This document shows positions 32,619-38,326 of a stretch of 38,326 nt of DNA, piece after piece; the stretch's first letter is position 1; each line of letters starts with the position of its first letter. The stretch is taken from contig PFQF01000027.1 of the NCBI GenBank assembly GCA_002793435.1, positions 1-38,326 of the forward strand, written 5' to 3'. The notes beneath the pieces are model-generated. The model was given only the letters and a program-made list of their open reading frames with translations. It was not told where the DNA came from and searched no databases. Origin of the DNA: Candidatus Berkelbacteria bacterium CG_4_10_14_0_2_um_filter_35_9_33_12. GTDB lineage: Bacteria; Patescibacteriota; UBA1384; GWA2-35-9. A program made the position numbers and the translations under genes.

Positions 32619-35483
32619 ATGAAATTCAAACCATTTGACCTTAACACTCCACCAGCTGAATTGGAAAAAAAGATTGTCGATTATTGGAAAAAAAATAAAA
32701 TTTTTGAAAAATCAGTCGAGCAAAGAAAATCAGCCCCATTATTTAGTTTTTATGATGGACCGCCGTTTGCGACCGGTACTCCTCATTATGGTCATATTGT
32801 GGCGAGTGCTATCAAAGATGTAATCCCCCGCTACAAGACAATGAAAGGTTTTCGGGTTGATCGAAAATGGGGTTGGGATTGTCACGGACTGCCAATTGAA
32901 AATATTGTCGAAAAAAAACTCGCAATAAAAAAGAAAAAAGAAATCTACTTGTTAACAGTTGAAAAGTTTAATGCAACGGCAAAAAAACAAGTTTTAAAAT
33001 ATGTTGATGCATGGGAAAAAGTGATTGAACGACTTGGTCGCTGGGTAGATATGAAAAATAGTTACAAGACAATGGATCTAAATTATATGGAATCTGTTTG
33101 GTGGGTTTTTAAACAACTTTGGGATAAAAATTTAATTTACGAGAATTATCGTAGTCTCTATATTTGCCCACGTTGCGAAACAACTTTAGCCCAAAGCGAA
33201 GTGGCAGAAGGCTATCGAGAAACTCAAGATATTTCTGTAATTGCTAAATTCAAGATTTTGAATGAACAAAATAGCTATTTTTTAGCTTGGACAACAACTC
33301 CATGGACGCTTTTAGGTAACAGTGCACTTGCAGTTGGAAAAGAAATCCAATATGTTGAAATAAAAATTGACAACGAGAATTATATTTTAGCCAAAGATAG
33401 ATTATCGGAAATAGAAGAAAAATACCAATTGGTAAAATCATTTAAAAGCAATAAAATTATTGGTAAAAGATATTTACCATTAATTGAATATTATCTAGAT
33501 AAAAAGAATATCAAAAATATTGAAAATGCCTACCAAGTTGTAGAGGCTGACTTTGTGACGACTGACGAAGGAACAGGAATTGTTCATATTGCTCCGGCTT
33601 TTGGGGAGGAAGATTTAATGCTCTCGAAAGCAAAAAAATTACCCCTTTTCCAACACATCGGAATGGATGGGATAATTGATAAAAACATTCCAGTGTTTGG
33701 CAATCTAAATGTTAAGGATCCAGAAGATTTTCACAAGACTGATATTGAAATAATCAAATATTTGGCTGAAAAAAATCTGCTTTTCAAAAAAGAAAAATAT
33801 ACTCATAGTTACCCTCACTGTTGGCGTTGCGAAACACCGCTTTTAAATTATGCAACCAATTCGTTTTTTGTTTCGGTTGAAAAAATAAAAGAAAAAGCGC
33901 TAAAAAATCAATCTGAAATTCAATGGATTCCAAAACATATTAAAGCTGGACGGTTTGGCAAGTGGTTAGAAGGGGCACGAGATTGGTCTATTTCGAGACA
34001 ACGATTTTGGGCATCGACAATTCCAGTCTGGCAATGCAAGAATTTACATCAAAAAGTTTTTGGCAGTATTGCTGATTTGGAAAAAATTTCACAATCAAAA
34101 ATAATTGACTTGCATAAAGAATTTATGGACAAAATTGAATTTCCGTGTCCCGAATGTCAGGAAAAGATGAAGCGAGTTGAAGATGTTTTAGATTGTTGGT
34201 TCGAGTCCGGGTCAATGCCATTTGCGCAACTTCACTATCCTTTTGAAAATAGACAAGAATTTAATGATAGATTTCCTGCCGATTTTATCGCCGAAGGAAT
34301 TGACCAAACCCGAACTTGGTTTTATTACTTACATATTATTGCTAGTGCGATTGAAAATAAGTATGCCTTTAAAAATGTAATTGTTAACGGAATAGTTTTA
34401 GCCGAAAATGGTAAAAAGATGTCTAAGCGATTAAATAATTACCCAGATCCAATGGTAATGATTGATAAATATAGTGCTGATGTTTTGAGATATTACTTAT
34501 TAAGTTCATCGGTTGTAACTGCAGAAAATATTAATTTTTCTGAAGGAGAATTGGCGGATAATTTCCGACATTTTTATCGGATGCTAAAAAATAGCTATGG
34601 ATTTTTCTTACTTTATAGCTATTTAAATAGAATTGATGTTAATCGGTTGTCTAAATTTCAGTCAGAAAATATTTTAGATAAATGGATTATTTCAAAACTA
34701 AATTTATTAATCAAGAAAATTACATTCGATTTAGACAAGTATCGATTAAACAAAGCTTGTCGTTTAATTCCTGAATTTATTGACGATCTTTCAAATTGGT
34801 ATATCCGAAGAAGCCGAAAAAGATTTTGGAAAAATAACGATCAAAATGATTTAAATTGTGCTATCTCAACTTTGTACGATACATTGGTTGCACTTGCAAA
34901 AATTATTGCACCAATAATGCCATTTATTGCGGAAGAAATTTTTTGTAATTTGACTGCTCAAGAATCAGTTCATTTAGAAAACTATCCTGAATATAATGAA
35001 GAAAAAATTAATAATAATTTAATTGATGAAATGGAAAGAGTCAGAAATTTAGTGAGCGTTGGATTAGCTTGGAGATTAGAAAATAAGATAAAAATTAAGC
35101 AGCCTTTGTTGACAGCAAAATATTCAGGGAATAAATTAAATAGCGATTTAGAAAAAATTATGGCTGACGAACTGAATGTTAAAAAGGTTGAGCTAGATAA
35201 AAATGTTGAATTGATAGAAATTGATGGTACGATTACTGATGAATTAAAAAAAGAAGGTCAGTCACGAGAGATTGTCCGTATAATCCAAGAAATGAGGAAA
35301 AAAGCTGGCTACAATTACGACGATCAAATTAGAGTTTATATTGAAAATAGTCAAGAAATATTTGGTCAATTTGTAGTTGATATAGAAGGAGAGACAATCT
35401 CAAAAATAGTGGAATCAAAAATTGATCAACCGGACAAAGAAGAAAACTATCAAGGAACTCTGGTTCAAATTAAGAAATGTTAA
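32619..35483 (+). CDS. ileS: Isoleucyl-tRNA synthetase, type 2 (eukaryote-like) form
   Basis: FYDGPPFATGTPHYGH (HIGH region typical of type-2 IleRS), KMSKR, and CxxC pairs (CPRC, CWRC, CPEC). 954 aa. Confidence 0.97.
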   Translation: MKFKPFDLNTPPAELEKKIVDYWKKNKIFEKSVEQRKSAPLFSFYDGPPFATGTPHYGHIVASAIKDVIPRYKTMKGFRVDRKWGWDCHGLPIENIVEKKLAIKKKKEIYLLTVEKFNATAKKQVLKYVDAWEKVIERLGRWVDMKNSYKTMDLNYMESVWWVFKQLWDKNLIYENYRSLYICPRCETTLAQSEVAEGYRETQDISVIAKFKILNEQNSYFLAWTTTPWTLLGNSALAVGKEIQYVEIKIDNENYILAKDRLSEIEEKYQLVKSFKSNKIIGKRYLPLIEYYLDKKNIKNIENAYQVVEADFVTTDEGTGIVHIAPAFGEEDLMLSKAKKLPLFQHIGMDGIIDKNIPVFGNLNVKDPEDFHKTDIEIIKYLAEKNLLFKKEKYTHSYPHCWRCETPLLNYATNSFFVSVEKIKEKALKNQSEIQWIPKHIKAGRFGKWLEGARDWSISRQRFWASTIPVWQCKNLHQKVFGSIADLEKISQSKIIDLHKEFMDKIEFPCPECQEKMKRVEDVLDCWFESGSMPFAQLHYPFENRQEFNDRFPADFIAEGIDQTRTWFYYLHIIASAIENKYAFKNVIVNGIVLAENGKKMSKRLNNYPDPMVMIDKYSADVLRYYLLSSSVVTAENINFSEGELADNFRHFYRMLKNSYGFFLLYSYLNRIDVNRLSKFQSENILDKWIISKLNLLIKKITFDLDKYRLNKACRLIPEFIDDLSNWYIRRSRKRFWKNNDQNDLNCAISTLYDTLVALAKIIAPIMPFIAEEIFCNLTAQESVHLENYPEYNEEKINNNLIDEMERVRNLVSVGLAWRLENKIKIKQPLLTAKYSGNKLNSDLEKIMADELNVKKVELDKNVELIEIDGTITDELKKEGQSREIVRIIQEMRKKAGYNYDDQIRVYIENSQEIFGQFVVDIEGETISKIVESKIDQPDKEENYQGTLVQIKKC

Positions 35484-36541
35484 AAAAAATATCTCAAAAA
35501 CCTAATCTAGATTGGTTGCTTTTTTCTTCAGTGCTCGCAATTTCATTGATTGGAACAATGGTAATATATTCATTATCAAAAGACAACCCAACTCTTTTTA
35601 TTGTTCATGTAACTAATTTAATGGTTGGATTAATTGTTATGATTATTTTATCGATAATTAATTACCAAAGTTGGAGTAGCGGTTCAATCTATCTTTATTT
35701 TATTTTTTTATTTAGTTTAACTATGGTCTTAATTTTTGGAAAAGAAACTTTTGGAGCTAAAAGATGGATCGATCTTGGAATTTGGCAATTTCAACCCTCA
35801 GAATTTAGTAAGTTTTTTTTAATTGCAACCATTGCTTTAATTGCTCAAAAAGGAAGGGAATTTAATTATGAAAAACTGTTCAAGATAATTGGTTATGGTT
35901 TTGTGCCGGCGGTTTTAGTTTTAGCTCAACCAGATTTGGGAACTTTTTCAGTTTTTTTTATTATTGTAATAATGGCAATTATATTTTTGAAACCAAATTA
36001 TAAAATTTTATTCTCAATATTTTTAATTGGTATTTTATTGTCTAGCTTGGTATTTATAAATTTAAAAGATTATCAGAAAGAGAGATTGACGTCGTTTCTA
36101 CAAAGTGATAATTACAATTTAGAGCAGTCAAAAATTGCTATTGGCTCGGGTGGTGTAATTGGCAAGGGTTTGGGGAAGGGGTCGCAATCGCAACTCAATT
36201 TTTTGCCAGTCGCTCATGCTGATTTTGTTTTTGCTGGTATAGCGGAGAGTTTTGGTTTTATAGGAGATTTGCTCTATATTATTATTTTTTCAATTATGCT
36301 TTTTCGAATTATTCGAATTTCATATTATGCTCGAGATTCATTTGGCAGATTTTTCTCTCTCTCAGTTTTTGTTATATTTTTGTATCAAGCGACAATCAAT
36401 ATCGGTGGTAATGTTGGGCTTTTACCAATCACGGGCATCTCCCTTCCCTTCACATCGTACGGAGGAAGTTCAATGTTAGTTATGTTTGCAATGGTCGGAG
36501 TTGTCCAATCAATTTATTCAAATAGTACGAGAACTAGTTAA
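35477..36541 (+). CDS. SEDS-family peptidoglycan glycosyltransferase (RodA/FtsW)
   Basis: 7-nt overlap with ileS. About 10 TM segments and family motifs (QPSEFSKF, PDLGT, LPVAHADFVFA, LPFTSYGGSS). Confidence 0.9.
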   Translation: MLKKISQKPNLDWLLFSSVLAISLIGTMVIYSLSKDNPTLFIVHVTNLMVGLIVMIILSIINYQSWSSGSIYLYFIFLFSLTMVLIFGKETFGAKRWIDLGIWQFQPSEFSKFFLIATIALIAQKGREFNYEKLFKIIGYGFVPAVLVLAQPDLGTFSVFFIIVIMAIIFLKPNYKILFSIFLIGILLSSLVFINLKDYQKERLTSFLQSDNYNLEQSKIAIGSGGVIGKGLGKGSQSQLNFLPVAHADFVFAGIAESFGFIGDLLYIIIFSIMLFRIIRISYYARDSFGRFFSLSVFVIFLYQATINIGGNVGLLPITGISLPFTSYGGSSMLVMFAMVGVVQSIYSNSTRTS

Positions 36542-36544
36542 ATG

Positions 36545-36573
36545 TTGACTCAATGAAGAAAATAAGCTATCAT
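36545..36573 (+). promoter_or_regulatory. Putative promoter TTGACT-17-TATCAT for rplU-secE-nusG-rplK
   Basis: TTGACT at 36545-36550, a 17-nt spacer, and TATCAT at 36568-36573, about 43 nt upstream of ATG 36616. Confidence 0.45.
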
Positions 36574-36615
36574 TATTAGGTAAATAGGTTAAACTGTTTA
36601 ATCAAGAATTTTTGT

Positions 36616-36942
36616 ATGGCAAAAAAAGAAGCAATCAAAGAAAAGAAGGTTGAACCACCTGTGGTGAGTAACATCGAACCAGACAAGATCGCTGTCATTA
36701 AAACGGGTGGCAAACAGTATTTAGTTAAAGAAGGGATGGAACTTAAAGTCGAACTACTTAAAGATCAAAAAATTCTTAATTTTAACGATATTTTAAATGG
36801 ACATAAAGTCAGTGCTGAAATTATTGAAACAAAAAAAACTGATAAAGTAATTGTCTTTAAATACAAAAACAAAACTGGACGAAGAAAAAATAAAGGTCAT
36901 CGTCAAACATTGACAAAGATAAAAATTAGCAAAATTGTTTAA
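36616..36942 (+). CDS. rplU: 50S ribosomal protein L21 with a roughly 22-aa N-terminal extension
   Basis: IAVIKTGGKQYLVKEG...KVIVFKYKNKTGRRKNKGHRQ matches the L21 core. Confidence 0.88.
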   Translation: MAKKEAIKEKKVEPPVVSNIEPDKIAVIKTGGKQYLVKEGMELKVELLKDQKILNFNDILNGHKVSAEIIETKKTDKVIVFKYKNKTGRRKNKGHRQTLTKIKISKIV

Positions 36943-37144
36943 AATGAAAAAAATATTTGAACCAATTGTAGGATATTTTCGAAGTGTAATTTCAGAAGTG
37001 AAAAAAATTTCATTTCCGACCCAAAAACAGATTATCACTGATTCAACAGTTGTTTTGGGTGTTATTATTGTTTCAATAGTTCTGATTGGTTTGTTTGATG
37101 GCACTGTCTCTCAACTAATTAAAGATTTAGTTTTGAAGGGGTAA
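36935..37144 (+). CDS. secE: Preprotein translocase subunit SecE
   Basis: 69 aa. FRSVISEVKKISFPT.KQ... followed by one TM. Located directly upstream of nusG. Confidence 0.85.
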   Translation: MFKMKKIFEPIVGYFRSVISEVKKISFPTQKQIITDSTVVLGVIIVSIVLIGLFDGTVSQLIKDLVLKG

Positions 37145-37147
37145 AAA

Positions 37148-37774
37148 ATGGATAAAAATAAAAATAAATTGGACAAAACTGTTGTACAACCCGAAGAAAA
37201 AGAAATTAGAACCAGTTTTTCTCTTAGCAAATCGTCTGGTAAGCAGTTAGGAGAAAGACATTGGTATGTGATTCATACATATTCTGGTTTCGAAGAACAG
37301 GTTAGAGATTCATTAAAACAACGGGTAGAGTCATTGAATTTAGACAATAAAATATTTGATATTATTGTTCCTAAGGAAAAACAAATTGAGATTAAAAATG
37401 GTAAACGAAAAGTGGTTGAGCGGAGAATTTTTCCTGGTTATGTAATGATAGATATGATTGTTGACGACGAAAGTTGGTTTGTGGTCAGAAACACTCCAAA
37501 TGTGACGGGATTTATTGGTATGGGGATTCGTCCAACGCCAATGAGCGATGAAGAATTGAAAAAAGTTATGAAGCGGGTTTCAGCGGAAGAACCACAATTT
37601 GAGGTTGATCTGCGAGTTGATGATTTAGTCAAAGTTACCGACGGACCACTTAAAAACTTTGAAGCGAAAGTAATTGAAATTGATGAAAGTCGAGGTCGAG
37701 TCAAAGTGTTAATCTCGATGTTTGGTCGAGAAACTCCCGCTACTTTGGACTTTTTACAGGTAAAAAAGGTTTAA
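37148..37774 (+). CDS. nusG: Transcription termination/antitermination factor NusG
   Basis: NGN domain (HWYVIHTYSGFEEQV...FPGYVMI) and KOW domain (VDDLVKVTDGPLKNFEAKVIEID). It has a roughly 35-aa N-terminal extension. Confidence 0.95.
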   Translation: MDKNKNKLDKTVVQPEEKEIRTSFSLSKSSGKQLGERHWYVIHTYSGFEEQVRDSLKQRVESLNLDNKIFDIIVPKEKQIEIKNGKRKVVERRIFPGYVMIDMIVDDESWFVVRNTPNVTGFIGMGIRPTPMSDEELKKVMKRVSAEEPQFEVDLRVDDLVKVTDGPLKNFEAKVIEIDESRGRVKVLISMFGRETPATLDFLQVKKV

Positions 37775-37787
37775 TTAAAAATTAAAA

Positions 37788-38213
37788 ATGGCAAAAAAAA
37801 TAAAAACAATTTTGAAACTTCAAGTGCCAGGCGGTCAAGCCACGCCAGCGCCTCCAATAGGTCAAGTTTTGGGTCAACATGGACTCAATATTGTTGAATT
37901 TACTCAAGCTTTTAATAAAAAAACACAAGACCAACAAGGCGTGATTCTGCCAGTAGTGATGACTGTTTATGAAGACAGGAGTTTTAATTTTATCATTAAA
38001 AGTCCCACAGCTACCTATTTAATTAAGAAAGCGGTTGGAGTTGAAAAGGGTTCAGGGGAAACACCAAAGAAAAAAATTGGCAAGGTGAGTAGAAAGCAAC
38101 TTGAAGAATTAGCCAAAGAAAAGCTGGAAGATTTAAATGCTTATGATGTCGATCAAGCGGTTAAGATTTTAGCTGGTACTGCCAGAAGTATGGGAGTTGA
38201 TGTAACAGAATAA
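37788..38213 (+). CDS. rplK: 50S ribosomal protein L11
   Basis: LQVPGGQATPAPPIGQVLGQHGLNI..F...FN is canonical for L11. Confidence 0.97.
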   Translation: MAKKIKTILKLQVPGGQATPAPPIGQVLGQHGLNIVEFTQAFNKKTQDQQGVILPVVMTVYEDRSFNFIIKSPTATYLIKKAVGVEKGSGETPKKKIGKVSRKQLEELAKEKLEDLNAYDVDQAVKILAGTARSMGVDVTE

Positions 38214-38326
38214 GATAAAAAATCAAATATAAAATATAAAAGATTACGGAAAATAAAATTTGAGGCGTAATGTCAAATTTGGGATGCTATTTAGCTAATA
38301 TCTCGTCGATCATCTTTTGTTTTGTT

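Overview
AT-rich, tightly packed bacterial window that uses the standard code (TGA is a stop inside ATGA gene overlaps). No rRNA, tRNA, CRISPR array or transposase was recognisable by eye. The gene content and style suggest a small-genome, monoderm, CPR/Patescibacteria-like organism; this is inference only. Left third (1-16.3 kb): a giant surface repeat protein, at least 2098 codons and cut by the left edge. It has Ig-like and FN3-like modules plus a GC-rich glycine-rich solenoid-like core. An 89-bp gap separates it from a co-directional, translationally coupled type IV pilus (T4P) locus: PilN-like, PilO-like, small membrane protein, PilB, PilT-like, PilC, major pilin, prepilin peptidase, four minor pilins in a GspH/I/J/K-like pattern, then RNase HI. 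No PilM, PilP/Q secretin or PilY1 is present. The PilT-like protein has lost the Walker A lysine and the His-box histidine. A 510-bp structured spacer follows, with a tandem 45-bp duplication, a 40-bp perfect palindrome, and a TTGACA-17-TACAAT promoter embedded in a 13-4-13 palindrome that is not CIRCE. It precedes groES-groEL. The rest is mainly housekeeping. Minus strand: PRC-barrel protein, efp (Arg32 type), rpsR-ssb-rpsF, DUF378, ychF, a small hypothetical and xerC/D. Plus strand: a secreted clan GH-A-like hydrolase with a Thr-rich tandem-repeat linker; a PAP2-UppP-DedA undecaprenyl-phosphate module; an M16 peptidase; a decayed ndk remnant; a WecA-like GT4 transferase; a bPH_2 protein; a Thr/Arg-tailed membrane protein; trxB; type-2 ileS; a SEDS protein; and rplU-secE-nusG-rplK, with no rplA start in the remaining 113 nt. 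The best candidate for something new is the giant adhesin-like protein coupled to a secretin-less T4P machine with a catalytically degenerate PilT. Second is the non-canonical palindromic control region upstream of groESL.
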